Source of the DNA: an uncultured Candidatus Binatia bacterium
Lineage (GTDB): Bacteria; Desulfobacterota; Binatia; UBA9968; JAJDTQ01
DNA length: 64,000 nt
Direction: 5' to 3'
NCBI GenBank assembly: GCA_964291295.2
Contig: OZ219754.1
Location: forward strand, 2,144,001 to 2,208,000
How positions within the stretch are numbered: position 1 is the stretch's first letter; each line of letters starts with the position of its first letter. The notes under the pieces were generated by a model, which saw only the letters and a program-made list of their open reading frames with translations, ran no database searches and was not told the DNA's origin. The position numbers were made by a program, and so were the translations under genes. This document shows, in pieces, positions 45,595 through 56,701 of this stretch.

Positions 45595-47778
45595 CTACGC
45601 CGTCGCCAGCCGGAACCTTCGCCGCCGCGTCTGCAGGAGATAAAGCCCTGCGAACAGGATCCAGGCGCCGAACTGTACGGTCATGCGCAGGGAGTCGGTG
45701 TTGCCCGCCAGCAGGTCGGGGCGGAAGGCGGCGATGCAGATCACCGCCAGGAGAGCGCGTTCGGGCCAGCCGCAGCGGTCGGCAAAGAAGCCCTGCATGG
45801 CCGCGGCAAAGGCCATCATGGCCACCAGACCGTTCAGGATGACCCAGACGATGCGGAACATGTCGTCGAGCCAGATGATCGAGCCGTCGGGTCCCACTCC
45901 GGCGATCAGCAGGATCTCCAGATTGAAGATGAACACGAACGGCAGGATGGCGGTGCGCAGGTCGTAGGTAAAGCCCTGGATGCCGGTCTTGATGGGTTCG
46001 GAGCCGGCGATGGCTGAGGCCGCGAAGGCCGCCAGACCCACCGGCGGCGTGTCGTCGGCGAGTATGCCGAAGTAGAATACGAACAGATGGGCCGCCAGCA
46101 CCGGAATGACCAGGCCCGCCTGCCCGCCCAGGCCGACGATCACCGGCGCGGTCAGGGTGGCCATGACGATGTAGTTGGCGGTGGTGGGCAGGCCCATGCC
46201 CAGGATCAGGCTGGTGAGGGCGGTCAGGATCAGCATGAGGGCGACGTTGCCCAGGGAGATGATTTCGATGGCCTCGATGAAGCGGCTGCTGAGACCGGTC
46301 AGGGTCACCGTGCCCACGATGATGCCGGCGGCCGCGGTGGCCACCGCGATGGGAGCCATGTTGCGGGCCCCGGACACGCAGCCCTGAAGGATCTCGCGAA
46401 TACTGAGCACCAGACCCTGGAACAGGGCCTCGCCGAGGGAGCCGGCGGCCGGGTTGCCGGGCGACGGCCGAAGGACGGCGGCGCCACTCTGCACCACCCG
46501 CTGAATGACCATGATGGCCAGCGTCAGCAGGATCGCGTTGAATGCCGCCGAGACCGCGGAGAATCGGAGAATCACCAGCGTGTAGATCAGCGCCAGTATG
46601 GGGATCAGGAAGTGGACGCCGCGGAGGAACGTGGGCCAGAACTTCGGCAACTCCTCTTCCGGCAGCGCGATCAGGTCCAGCTTGAGCGCCTCCAGGTGAA
46701 CCACGTACAGCAACGCGATGTAGGACAGGATCGCCGGGATGGCGGCGGCGGTGACGATGTCGATGTAGGGCAACCCGAGAAACTCGGCCATGATGAACGC
46801 CGCGGCTCCCATGACCGGCGGCAGGAGTTGTCCGTTGGTGCTTGCGCCCACCTCCACGGCTCCGGCCTTGTAGGCCGGCAGTCCCACCCGTTTCATGAGC
46901 GGTATGGTGAACGTCCCGGTGGTGGCGACATTGGCGATGGACGATCCCGACACCATGCCGGTCAGGCCCGAGGCCAGCACCGCGGCCTTGGCCGGTCCGC
47001 CGCGGAAGCGGCCCAGCATGGCGAAAGCCACCTGTACGAAGTACTCCGCGGCGCCCGCCCGGTCCAGCAGCGCGCCGAACAGCACGAACAGGAACACGAA
47101 GTCGGTGGATACCCCCAGCGGCACGCCCCAGATGCCGCTGTCCGAGAGATACATGTGGTCCACCACGAAATCGAGGGGGATACCCGGGTGCGCAAGGAAC
47201 CTGGGCAGGTACGGGCCGATGAAGCAGTAAAGCAGGAAGAGAACGGCCAGGGCCGGCAGCGCCAGCCCCAGGGACCGCCGCGCCGACTCCAGCAGCAGCA
47301 GGATGAACGCCGTGCCGATGTAGACGTCCCGCGGCAGCGGCAGACCGGAGCGTTCGATGATCCCCACGTAATCCCAGGCCAGATAGGCGGTGCCGCAACC
47401 GGCCAGGGCCGCGATCCCGAAGTCGTACCAGGGTATCTTGACCGGATCCCGCTTGCGCCTTCCCGGAAACAACTGCCGCATCAGCGCATGAAACCGCTCC
47501 AGCGTCGCCGCCCGCCGGATGGCCGGGAAGGAAAGATAGACCAGCAGCACCGCGAAGGTCAGATGAATGCTGCGGGCGATGATGGAATTGATGGGGTGGT
47601 AGGCGATGTTGAGCTGGAAGAGGGACCAGCAGAGCGCCAGGAGCCAGAGGAAGCCTCCCACCGGGCCGCCGGGAGAGCGGGTCTTCCCTTCGCCCTCTCC
47701 CAGTTCGGCCAACGCTTCGAGGTCGACGGCCTCCCTCGAAGTCTGGCCCGGAGTCTCGCCGCGTTCCGGGGAATTCAC
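45595..47778 (-). CDS. TRAP transporter fused 4TM/12TM permease (TAXI type)
   Basis: GGPAKAAV, SGSSIANV, PPVMGAAAF, GMGLPTTANY, DDTPPV. Confidence 0.95.
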   Translation of the reverse strand: MNSPERGETPGQTSREAVDLEALAELGEGEGKTRSPGGPVGGFLWLLALCWSLFQLNIAYHPINSIIARSIHLTFAVLLVYLSFPAIRRAATLERFHALMRQLFPGRRKRDPVKIPWYDFGIAALAGCGTAYLAWDYVGIIERSGLPLPRDVYIGTAFILLLLESARRSLGLALPALAVLFLLYCFIGPYLPRFLAHPGIPLDFVVDHMYLSDSGIWGVPLGVSTDFVFLFVLFGALLDRAGAAEYFVQVAFAMLGRFRGGPAKAAVLASGLTGMVSGSSIANVATTGTFTIPLMKRVGLPAYKAGAVEVGASTNGQLLPPVMGAAAFIMAEFLGLPYIDIVTAAAIPAILSYIALLYVVHLEALKLDLIALPEEELPKFWPTFLRGVHFLIPILALIYTLVILRFSAVSAAFNAILLTLAIMVIQRVVQSGAAVLRPSPGNPAAGSLGEALFQGLVLSIREILQGCVSGARNMAPIAVATAAAGIIVGTVTLTGLSSRFIEAIEIISLGNVALMLILTALTSLILGMGLPTTANYIVMATLTAPVIVGLGGQAGLVIPVLAAHLFVFYFGILADDTPPVGLAAFAASAIAGSEPIKTGIQGFTYDLRTAILPFVFIFNLEILLIAGVGPDGSIIWLDDMFRIVWVILNGLVAMMAFAAAMQGFFADRCGWPERALLAVICIAAFRPDLLAGNTDSLRMTVQFGAWILFAGLYLLQTRRRRFRLATA

Positions 47779-47898
47779 GGAGCTTCCTGGCTGCTGCCCG
47801 GTTTCATTCCAGTTTCTTCCGTCCGGAGGGTCGGCCCGGGGCCGGCGTCGCTCTGCCGGCCCCGGGCCGATGGTCGGTTCCCCCGGGGGGAACGATGG

Positions 47899-48870
47899 TT
47901 ACAGCCAACCCTTCTCCTTGTAGTACTTGACCGCGCCCGGATGCATCGGAGCCGAAAGCCCCTTCAACATGTCCTTCGGAGTCAGGATCTTGAACGCCGG
48001 GTGCAGACCGCGCAGCGTGTCGAGATTCTCGAACACGGCCTTGACCACCTGATAAACCTGGTCGGCCGGTTCCTTGTCGCCGGTGACGAAGGTCGCCTTC
48101 ACCGCGTAGGTCGGGACGTCCTTGTCCACGCCCTTGTAGATGCCGCCGGGGATGGCGGTCATGACGTAGTAGGAGTTGTCCTTGACGAGCTTCTGGATCG
48201 GTGCCGTGTTCAACGGAACCATCCGGATGGCGGTGCTGTTGGCGATCTCCAGGCCGCCGCCCCAGGGGTTGCCGACGGTGTAGAAGAAAGCGTCGATCTT
48301 CTTGTCCACCAGCGCCCGGCTGGCCTCCTGCTGCTGCAACCCTTCAGCCTTGATGTCCTTGTCCTTGTCGATGCCCGAGAGTCGCAGCACGTCCAGCGCA
48401 TTGCCCCGCTGACCCGATCCGGGGTTGCCGATGTTCACGCGCCTGCCCTTGAGGTCCGCGATGGACTTGATGCCCGTGTCCGCGCGGGTGACGAGCATGA
48501 CCGTCTCGGGATGGGCGCTGAAGACCGTGCGAAGATTCGTCTGGGGTTTGCCTTTCCAGTCGGCGGTGCCGTTGGTCGCCTGCCAGACACGGTCGGACTG
48601 GGCCACGCCGTAGTTCAGCAGCCCCCGCTTGATGGCGTTGATGTTGAAGACCGATCCGAGAGCCGCGCGGCCGATGCAGTTGTATCCCTGGCTGCGGAGC
48701 TTGTCGTTGACAATCTTGCAGACGTTCAGAGCCACCTGGTAGTAGACGCCGGTCGTGGAGCCGCCCCCGACGACCAGAAAGGTCTGTGCGGCGGCGTCCC
48801 TTGCCGTCATGGCGACGCCACCGCACAGCGCCACGGCCAATGACAGTACGAGCAGATACCGATGCCTCAT
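47899..48870 (-). CDS. TAXI family TRAP solute-binding protein
   Basis: GGSTTGVYY, GSVFNI, AQSD, VNIGNPGSG, PMHPGAVKYYKE. Confidence 0.95.
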   Translation of the reverse strand: MRHRYLLVLSLAVALCGGVAMTARDAAAQTFLVVGGGSTTGVYYQVALNVCKIVNDKLRSQGYNCIGRAALGSVFNINAIKRGLLNYGVAQSDRVWQATNGTADWKGKPQTNLRTVFSAHPETVMLVTRADTGIKSIADLKGRRVNIGNPGSGQRGNALDVLRLSGIDKDKDIKAEGLQQQEASRALVDKKIDAFFYTVGNPWGGGLEIANSTAIRMVPLNTAPIQKLVKDNSYYVMTAIPGGIYKGVDKDVPTYAVKATFVTGDKEPADQVYQVVKAVFENLDTLRGLHPAFKILTPKDMLKGLSAPMHPGAVKYYKEKGWL

Positions 48871-49317
48871 GGGATCCTCCTTTGGTTAAGGTCGCTGGAC
48901 CGTTCTTTGTGGACTCGACAGCCGTGTGAATGCCACAACGAATGCGGCAATGCAACCACCAAGGCCGATGTGAATCGGCTCGGCGGGGTCACTGCCGATA
49001 TCGCCGCAGGCGAGGTCGAGGAACGCCAGGCGGGGTTCACGCAAGGCCCGCGGTGGTGTTCACACACTCGACGCCGGAGAAGCCCCGGTGTGCAAGGTCG
49101 TCACCTGTCCAGGTCCGCTACTCGGCCTGTTCCTCCGCCTCGGCCTTCTGCGGTTCCGGGTGGATATTTGCGGCGTCCTGATATAGGAATCCGGAAGGCC
49201 CGAGGGGCCGGGTGGCCGGTTTGGCGATGCCGGGTCATCCTTGAGGTCATCTCCGGTTCGTCTCCGGTTCATCTTTGCGGATGTCGTGCGGCAGCGGCGT
49301 CCAGGAATAACACCGCC

Positions 49318-50064
49318 ATGAACGTTCGGCGGAAAGGAAGCGTCATCTCGAACGGATCCCGCAAAAGTCCTCCCCTGGTCGGGGTCACCACCTACGGCCG
49401 CGGTCCTCACAACCGGTTCACGCTTCCCGCCCAGTACGTGGACGCCGTGCGCCGTGCCGGAGGCATTCCCCTGCTGCTGCCCCCGGGGGAAGACCACGTG
49501 GATGCCATCCTGCCGCTGCTGGGGGCCGTGGTGTTCACGGGCGGCGGTGACATCGATCCCGGCCTCTACGGCGGCGGTCACCACGACGCCGTCTACCTGG
49601 TGGAGCCGGAACGGGACCGCACGGAGATGGCCTGGGCCGAGCGCGTGTTCGATCTGGAGGTCCCTGCGCTGGCCATCTGCCGCGGGGCGCAGCTTCTGAA
49701 CGTTTCCAGGGGCGGGACCCTCATCGAGCATCTGCCGGACGTCGTGGGAGAGACGGTGGTCCATCGCGCGCCGCCCCGGGAGCCCGTCGCCCACCCGGTG
49801 TGCGTGCTGCCGGGAACCCGGCTGGCGGGCGTGCTGGGCGCCACCGACTTCTCGTGCCTGTCCTGGCACCATCAGGGCGTCCGCCGGGTCGCGCCCGGTT
49901 TCGAGGTCGCCGCCCGTGCTCCGGACGGCACCGTCGAGGCCCTGGAGATGCCGGCCCATCCGTGGCTTTTCGCGGTGCAGTGGCACCCGGAGTTGACGGC
50001 GGCGGCGGACCCCATACAACAGCGTCTGTTCGATGCGCTCGTGGAGGCGGCGGGCCCGCGGTGA
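49318..50064 (+). CDS. Gamma-glutamyl-gamma-aminobutyrate hydrolase family (peptidase C26, PuuD-like)
   Basis: TGGGDIDP, AICRGAQLLNV, HHQG, AVQWHPE. Confidence 0.92.
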   Translation: MNVRRKGSVISNGSRKSPPLVGVTTYGRGPHNRFTLPAQYVDAVRRAGGIPLLLPPGEDHVDAILPLLGAVVFTGGGDIDPGLYGGGHHDAVYLVEPERDRTEMAWAERVFDLEVPALAICRGAQLLNVSRGGTLIEHLPDVVGETVVHRAPPREPVAHPVCVLPGTRLAGVLGATDFSCLSWHHQGVRRVAPGFEVAARAPDGTVEALEMPAHPWLFAVQWHPELTAAADPIQQRLFDALVEAAGPR

Positions 50065-50188
50065 GGCGGCGACGCGGTGAGGCGGCGATAATGCACGCTC
50101 GCGCTCCTGTCCGATTCAATGCGCCGCGCCCGGGGCGGTCACGCCCGGAACCGGCCCGGAGCGCGCAAGGGAAGGGGTGAGAAGGAAT

Positions 50189-53100
50189 ATGCCGCCGAAG
50201 ACGCTGGAAGACCTTCTGGCGCACCGGATCCTGCTGTTCGATGGCGCCATGGGCACGCGCATCCAGGCTCTCGGTCTCGGCGAGGCGGACTTTCGCGGCT
50301 CCCGTTTCGCCGCGCACCCGAAGCCGCTGAAGGGGTGCAATGACGTCCTGTGCCTGACGCAACCCGGGGCCATCGAGGCGATCCACGAGGAATATCTGGA
50401 GGCCGGGGCCGACATCGTCGAGACCAACACCTTCAACGCCAACGCCATATCGCTGCTGGACTACGGTCTCGAGGACCTCGCCTACGATATCAACCGGGCT
50501 GCCGGCGCGGCGGCGCGGAAGGCGGTGGACCGGTTCAACGCGGCGCACGGCGCTTCCCGGCTGGTGGCAGGCTCCCTGGGGCCCACCAACCGCACGGCGT
50601 CCATGTCCCCCGAAGTCCACGACCCGGGGTTCCGGGCCGTGGACTTCGATCAACTGGTGGCGGCGTACGACCACCAGGCCCGGGGCTTGGTGGATGGCGG
50701 CGTCGATCTGCTGTTGCCGGAAACCACCTTCGACACCCTGAACCTGAAGGCCTGCCTGCTCGCCATCGCGCAACTTCTGGAGGAGCGGGGCGCGCGGCTG
50801 CCGGTGCTCGCCTCGGTGACCATCACGGACCAGAGCGGCCGCACGCTTTCGGGCCAGACCCTGGAGGCGTTTCTCACTTCCATCGGTCACGCCGACCTGG
50901 CGGGTGTGGGCATCAACTGCGCCTTCGGTCCGCACCAGATGACTCCCTTCGTGGAGGAGTTGTCACGGCTTTCGGAGTTGCCGGTCTTCGCCTATCCCAA
51001 CGCCGGCCTGCCCAACGAGTTCGGCGGGTACGACATGGGGCCGGACGAGTTGGCGGAGGCGCTGGAGGAGTGGGCTCGAGAGGGCTGGCTGAACCTGGTG
51101 GGCGGCTGCTGCGGCACCACCCCGGAGCATATCGCGGCGCTCGGGGCGCGGGTGAAGGGGCTTCGGCCGAGGCGCACTCCCGAAGCCGACCGCTTCACGC
51201 ATCTGAGCGGGCTGGAGCGGCTGGTGATCCGCCCCGACACGAACTTCATCATGGTGGGCGAACGCACCAACGTGGCCGGCTCCCGGAGGTTCGCCAGGCT
51301 GATCCGTGAAGGCGCGTACGAGGAGGCGGTGGCCATCGCCCGGGAGCAGGTGCAGGGCGGTGCCAACATCCTCGACATCAACATGGACGAAGGCATGCTC
51401 GATTCGGCCGCGGCCATGTCGGTGTTCCTCAACCACGTGGCGGCGGAACCCGAGGTGGTCCGGGTGCCGCTGATGCTGGACAGCTCCGACTTCTCGGTGA
51501 TCGAGGCCGGGCTCAAGTGCGTACAGGGCAAGGCCGTGGTCAACTCCATCTCGCTCAAGGAGGGCGAGGAGGCGTTCCGCAAGTGCGCCCGCGTGGTGAA
51601 ACGCTACGGCGCCGCGGTCATCGTCATGGCTTTCGACGAGGAGAAGCAGGCCACGACGGTGGAAGAGCGGGTGGCGGTATGCCGGCGGGCTCACCGGATC
51701 CTGACCGAAGAGGTGGGCTTCGACGAGGCGGACATCATTTTCGACACCAACATCCTCACCGTGGCCACGGGCATCGAGGAGCACGCGGAGTACGCCATCA
51801 ACTTCATCGAGGCCGCCCGGCGCCTCAAGGCGCTCTTTCCCCGCTGCCACCTCTCGGGCGGGGTCAGCAACATCTCGTTCTCCTTCCGCGGCAACGACCG
51901 CATTCGCGAGGCCATGCACGCGGTGTTCCTCTACCACGCGATCCAGGCGGGCATGGACATGGGCATCGTCAACGCCGGTCAACTGGCGGTGTACCAGGAG
52001 ATACCGGACGACTTGCGCGACCGGGTGGAGGACGTGCTGTTCAACCGCCGCCCCGACGCCACCGAACGGCTGGTGGCCTTGGCCGGGCAGGTGGGGGAGG
52101 CCGGCGCCGCCGCGGTGGAGGCGCAGGCCTGGCGGGACGGACCGGTGGAGAGCCGGCTCTCGCACGCGCTGGTGAAGGGTATCGCCGACTACATCGACGA
52201 GGATGTCGACGAGGCCCTGGAGCGTTACGACCGCCCCCTTCACATCATCGAGGGACCGCTCATGGATGGCATGGGCGTTGTCGGGAACCTGTTCGGAGCC
52301 GGCAAGATGTTCCTGCCCCAGGTGGTCAGGAGCGCCCGGGTGATGAAGAAGGCGGTGGCCCGCCTGACACCCCTCATGGAGGCCGAGAGCGCGGAGCGGG
52401 GCGACGGCATGAAGCGCGCCCGGCTCGTGTTCGCCACCGTCAAGGGCGACGTCCATGACATCGGCAAGAACATCGTGGGCGTGGTGCTGCGCTGCAACAA
52501 CTACGACGTCGTCGATCTCGGCGTCATGGTGCCGGCGGACCGGATCATCGACACGGCCGTCACCGAGAAAGCCGACGCCGTGGGGTTGAGCGGTCTCATC
52601 ACCCCGTCTCTGGACGAGATGGTGCATGTCGCCGGCGAGATGGAACGGCGCGGTCTCAGGCTGCCGCTGCTCATCGGCGGCGCCACCACCAGCAAGCGCC
52701 ACACCGCGGTGAAGATCGCTCCGGCCTACGGCGGGGAAACCGTCCATGTGCTGGATGCGTCACAGGCAGTGCCGGTGGTGCAGAGCCTCATGGACCCGGT
52801 GGCCCGGGCCGAACTGGCGGCTGCCAACAGGAGCGGACAGCAACGCATGCGGCAGGAGTACGAGAGCCGGGTCGGCACGCGGCTCCTGAGCTATGCCGAG
52901 GCGCGGAAGCGGCGCTGCCGCATCGACTGGCAGACCTGCGACATGGATGTTCCCGACTTCACCGGCCGCCGGGTACTGCGGGACTATCCACTGGCCGAAC
53001 TGGTCCCCTGCATCGACTGGTCGCCCTTCTTCCACACCTGGGAGATCCCCGGACGTTATCCGGACCTGCTGGACGACCCGGTGCGCGGCCCCGCGGCCCG

Positions 53101-53869
53101 GGAGCTTTTCGCCAACGCCCGTGAGCTGCTGGACCGGATCGTGGCACAGGGACTGCTGGTGGCCCATGGCGTCTACGGCTTCCATCCGGCCAACAGCGAA
53201 GGCGACGACATCGTGCTCTTTGCCGACGATACCCGCACGGTGGAACTCACCCGGTTCCACACCCTGCGCCAGCAGAAGGAAGCGCGCCAGGGCAAACCGC
53301 AATATGCCCTGGCCGACTTCGTGGCGCCGCGGGATTCAGGCCGGGAGGATTTTCTGGGAGCGTTCGCGGTGACCGCCGGACACGGCTCGGACGACCTCGC
53401 CCGGCGGTTCGAGTCCGAGCACGACGAGTACAACGCCATCATGGCCAAGGCCCTGGCCGACCGTCTGGCCGAGGCGTTCGCGGAGCACCTCCATGCCCGC
53501 GCCCGGCGCGACTGGGGCTACGGCAGAGGCGAGGAGCTGAGCAACCAGGATCTGATCCGGGAGCGGTACCGCGGCATCCGGCCGGCGCCGGGCTACCCCG
53601 CCATCCCGGACCACACCGAGAAGCCGGCGCTGTTCGAGTTGCTTGACGCACGCCGAGCCACCGGCATCGAATTGACGGAGAATTTCGCCATGTGGCCGGC
53701 GGCTTCGATCTGCGGCCTCTACCTTGCCAATGCGGCGGCGCGCTACTTCGCGGTGAGCGCCTTGGGCCGGGACCAGGTGGGGGCCTACGCGGAACGAAAG
53801 GGCATGACGGTGGCGGAGGTGGAGCGGTGGCTGGGGCCGGTGCTGGGCTACGATCCCGCCGGAAGTTGA
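50189..53869 (+). CDS. metH: B12-dependent methionine synthase
   Basis: [48 protein letters not shown]. Confidence 0.98.
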   Translation: MPPKTLEDLLAHRILLFDGAMGTRIQALGLGEADFRGSRFAAHPKPLKGCNDVLCLTQPGAIEAIHEEYLEAGADIVETNTFNANAISLLDYGLEDLAYDINRAAGAAARKAVDRFNAAHGASRLVAGSLGPTNRTASMSPEVHDPGFRAVDFDQLVAAYDHQARGLVDGGVDLLLPETTFDTLNLKACLLAIAQLLEERGARLPVLASVTITDQSGRTLSGQTLEAFLTSIGHADLAGVGINCAFGPHQMTPFVEELSRLSELPVFAYPNAGLPNEFGGYDMGPDELAEALEEWAREGWLNLVGGCCGTTPEHIAALGARVKGLRPRRTPEADRFTHLSGLERLVIRPDTNFIMVGERTNVAGSRRFARLIREGAYEEAVAIAREQVQGGANILDINMDEGMLDSAAAMSVFLNHVAAEPEVVRVPLMLDSSDFSVIEAGLKCVQGKAVVNSISLKEGEEAFRKCARVVKRYGAAVIVMAFDEEKQATTVEERVAVCRRAHRILTEEVGFDEADIIFDTNILTVATGIEEHAEYAINFIEAARRLKALFPRCHLSGGVSNISFSFRGNDRIREAMHAVFLYHAIQAGMDMGIVNAGQLAVYQEIPDDLRDRVEDVLFNRRPDATERLVALAGQVGEAGAAAVEAQAWRDGPVESRLSHALVKGIADYIDEDVDEALERYDRPLHIIEGPLMDGMGVVGNLFGAGKMFLPQVVRSARVMKKAVARLTPLMEAESAERGDGMKRARLVFATVKGDVHDIGKNIVGVVLRCNNYDVVDLGVMVPADRIIDTAVTEKADAVGLSGLITPSLDEMVHVAGEMERRGLRLPLLIGGATTSKRHTAVKIAPAYGGETVHVLDASQAVPVVQSLMDPVARAELAAANRSGQQRMRQEYESRVGTRLLSYAEARKRRCRIDWQTCDMDVPDFTGRRVLRDYPLAELVPCIDWSPFFHTWEIPGRYPDLLDDPVRGPAARELFANARELLDRIVAQGLLVAHGVYGFHPANSEGDDIVLFADDTRTVELTRFHTLRQQKEARQGKPQYALADFVAPRDSGREDFLGAFAVTAGHGSDDLARRFESEHDEYNAIMAKALADRLAEAFAEHLHARARRDWGYGRGEELSNQDLIRERYRGIRPAPGYPAIPDHTEKPALFELLDARRATGIELTENFAMWPAASICGLYLANAAARYFAVSALGRDQVGAYAERKGMTVAEVERWLGPVLGYDPAGS

Positions 53870-53953
53870 CCGTGCCGCCGGCGGACCGCGCCACCGGCGC
53901 TTACCGGAATCCCGTGGGTGGGGAAGCGGAGGCGGTAAACCGGCTCGTTCCGG

Positions 53954-54772
53954 TCAACTCTTCAGGAAACCCGTCACCAGCGCGGCCGTGGCCTCCGGCT
54001 GCTCCGCCTGGGGGCTGTGGCCGGCACCCTTCACGAGTTTCACGCCGCCGGCATTCGGGATGCCGGCGGCGTAGGCTTCGCCGTGGGCCAGGGGCACCAT
54101 GTGGTCGGCCTCGCCCCACACCACGCGCGTCGGTGCCGCGATGCGGTGCAGCCGGCTCCGCAGCGAGCGGTTGTAGAAGTAGGGCGGATTGAAGCCGAAG
54201 CGGTTGGTGAAGCGCAGCATCTGGTAGCGCCGCAGTTCGTCCTCGATGTTCTCGGCCCGGCCGTCGGGAAACAGCGCGTGTCCCGCGGGCGTCCGGTGGT
54301 TCTCGAACAGCATGGTGCGCAATTCGGAGTAGTCGGTGCCGCGCACCGGGTGGGACATCATGAAGATGTCGCCGGTGGGCGCTCCGGGCACGAACAGGCC
54401 GGATGCGTCGATGAGCACCAGCCGCCGGACCTTCTCGGGATGGCGCACCGCGAGTTCGGCCGCCACCCAGCCGCCGACGCAGGTGCCCACCAGGTCGAAC
54501 CGCTGGAGCCCCAGTGCGTCGATGACCTCCAGGTAGTGGAACACCAGATCCTCGGCCGACTCCAGGTACTCGATCTCGTCGGACGCGGCACACCCCGGGT
54601 GGGCCGGGGCGGTCAGACGGCAGGATTCAAGAAGCTTCCGGTGGAACCGCATCCAGCCTTCCGCGACCGCGTGAATGTCGGCGAAGCCGTGCAGGTAGAG
54701 GGTCGGCTGGCCGGAGCCGTCCTCCAGCACCCAGGTCTTCCGCCCGCGGATGTCGAGGGTGCGGCCGCTCAT
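53954..54772 (-). CDS. Alpha/beta hydrolase with Cys at the nucleophile elbow
   Basis: LYLHG, LVGTCVGGWVAAE, WGEAD, GAGHSP; ATGA-type overlap with the LLM gene. Confidence 0.88.
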   Translation of the reverse strand: MSGRTLDIRGRKTWVLEDGSGQPTLYLHGFADIHAVAEGWMRFHRKLLESCRLTAPAHPGCAASDEIEYLESAEDLVFHYLEVIDALGLQRFDLVGTCVGGWVAAELAVRHPEKVRRLVLIDASGLFVPGAPTGDIFMMSHPVRGTDYSELRTMLFENHRTPAGHALFPDGRAENIEDELRRYQMLRFTNRFGFNPPYFYNRSLRSRLHRIAAPTRVVWGEADHMVPLAHGEAYAAGIPNAGGVKLVKGAGHSPQAEQPEATAALVTGFLKS

Positions 54773-56013
54773 GTGCCCGCTCCGGCTGCGAGGGTTTCTT
54801 CCATCCCCGGATAGGCCTTGGCGAAGACTCTCGCGGAGTCCTCCCGCAGGGCCGGGGCCACCCGGGTGGCGAACAGGCGCTGGCTCTCGCGAGCCAGCTC
54901 TCCGGGCATGTTGCCGAGATGAAACTGGATCAGCAGGTTGCCGGCCTGCGACTTCTCGATGATGTCCAGAATCTTCCGGTGCACGGTTTCCGGACTGCCC
55001 ACCACGATGGACTGGGCCTTGTCCAGTTCGTCCCAGTCGGCGGCGTCACCGAGCATGGAACGCTCCGGGTCGGAATGCTTCAGGAACTCCTTCCAGGCGG
55101 GGGCGGGAATGTAGGGAACGCCGGCGCCGAAGGTGAGCTGGCGACCTTCCTTGCGGAGGTGTCCCTTGAGACAGTTGCGCAGGAAGTACCAGACGCCCTC
55201 TTCGCATTCCTCCCGGGCCTGGGCGTCGGTCTCGCTCACGTAGGCCGACATCAGGATGCCCATGCGGTACGGATGGTAGCGGTCGCCGTGCTCTTCCAGC
55301 ACCCTGGAGAACTGCTCGCGGGCCTTCCAGGTTTCGCCGCCATGGCTCCGGGACGAAAGGAAGTAGCCGTAGCCGCGCCGGGCCACCTCCGTCAGCGTGG
55401 AGGCGCTCCGGGAGCCCGGCACCCATATGGGAGGATGAGGCTTCTGAGTCGGCCTGGGCCAGGGATTCACGTAACGCAACGGATAGTAGCGGCCCTCGTG
55501 GTTGAAGGGACCGTCTTCGGTCCAGGCGCGCACCACCAGGTCCACGGCCTCCCAGAAGCGTTCCCGGGACGTCACCGACGGGATGTTGTAGTTGTAATTC
55601 TCCGGTCCGCCGCCGGGCGCGAAACCGGCGATGATGCGTCCGTTGCTCATGTTGTCGAGCATGGCGTACTCTTCGGCCACCCGGAGCGGATTGATGTGAA
55701 GCGGCAACAGGTTGCCCAGCACGACGATCCTGGCCTTGCTGGAGCGCTGCGTGAGCGCCGCCGCGACGAGGTTGGGCGAGGGCATCAGGCCATAGATGTT
55801 CTGGTGATGCTCGTTCAGCACCAGGCCGTCGAACCCCAGTTCGTCGGCGCAGGCAAGCTGGTCGATGTACTCCTGGAACAGGCCGCGGGACTTGTCCGAA
55901 TCCCACAGACGGTTCGGAACCGTGACCCAGCCCGTGTCGTACTTCTCGTCGAAGTCCCGGGGCAGATGGGGATAAGCCATGAAATGCCAGCAGAAGAGCT
56001 GTACCGGGTGCAT
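54769..56013 (-). CDS. LLM-class (luciferase-like) flavin-dependent oxidoreductase
   Basis: ELGFDGLVLNEHH, PLRVAEEYAMLD, PRPTQKPHPPIW; GGAGG RBS. Confidence 0.93.
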   Translation of the reverse strand: MHPVQLFCWHFMAYPHLPRDFDEKYDTGWVTVPNRLWDSDKSRGLFQEYIDQLACADELGFDGLVLNEHHQNIYGLMPSPNLVAAALTQRSSKARIVVLGNLLPLHINPLRVAEEYAMLDNMSNGRIIAGFAPGGGPENYNYNIPSVTSRERFWEAVDLVVRAWTEDGPFNHEGRYYPLRYVNPWPRPTQKPHPPIWVPGSRSASTLTEVARRGYGYFLSSRSHGGETWKAREQFSRVLEEHGDRYHPYRMGILMSAYVSETDAQAREECEEGVWYFLRNCLKGHLRKEGRQLTFGAGVPYIPAPAWKEFLKHSDPERSMLGDAADWDELDKAQSIVVGSPETVHRKILDIIEKSQAGNLLIQFHLGNMPGELARESQRLFATRVAPALREDSARVFAKAYPGMEETLAAGAGT

Positions 56014-56054
56014 GTTTCCTCCGGGCGTGGGGCGGTGGCGACGGACCGCCTCCC

Positions 56055-56648
56055 TCAGGTGAAGCTTCGGAAGCGGGCCTTCCTCCACAGCCGGACCCGT
56101 GTCCATCCCATCAGCCAGCCGATGAACAGAACCCCCGCGCCGGTCACGAACCACCACAGCCGCATGTCCCGCTGGATGGTGTTGCTTTCCTGCTGGAGTT
56201 GCCGGAGGCGTTGCCGGTCGCTCAGGTGGTCCTCGGTGAGCTTGTCGTGGGTGGCCATGAGGCGCTGGTTCTCGCCGCGAAGCTGCTCGAGCTCCGTCGC
56301 CTGGGTTTCGACCTTGGCGTTCAGTTCTTCCACCTGCCGCTGGAGCGGCGGCTCCCGGGTCAGGAAGCTCCTCAGCACGTAGCCCTGCCGCCCGTCCGGC
56401 AGCGACACCTGGTCGTAGTCGCCTTCCTGTCCCAGGGTCTGCATCGGGTTCCCGGTCTTCAGCACCGCGATGATCCGGTGCCTCACGGTCGGCCCCGTGC
56501 GCACCATGACCTCGCGGTAGCCGCTGACGTAGACCGTCTCCGGGTGGGCGAGGCCGGCGGACAGGAACATTCCCAGGCTCATGAGCCAGCCTGCGCGGGC
56601 CAGGCCGCGGATGCGCCCGGGTTCACGGTGGTCACCATTCACCGGCAT
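56055..56648 (-). CDS. TIGR04211-like SH3 domain membrane protein
   Basis: ETVYVS, VRTGPTVRHRII, GRQGYV, coiled coil, C-terminal WFVTGAGVLFIG. Start uncertain. Confidence 0.82.
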   Translation of the reverse strand: MPVNGDHREPGRIRGLARAGWLMSLGMFLSAGLAHPETVYVSGYREVMVRTGPTVRHRIIAVLKTGNPMQTLGQEGDYDQVSLPDGRQGYVLRSFLTREPPLQRQVEELNAKVETQATELEQLRGENQRLMATHDKLTEDHLSDRQRLRQLQQESNTIQRDMRLWWFVTGAGVLFIGWLMGWTRVRLWRKARFRSFT

Positions 56649-56701
56649 GGGATTCACGAGCATGGGCATGGAGGCGCGGGGCGACGCGGTGATACCCGCG
56701 G

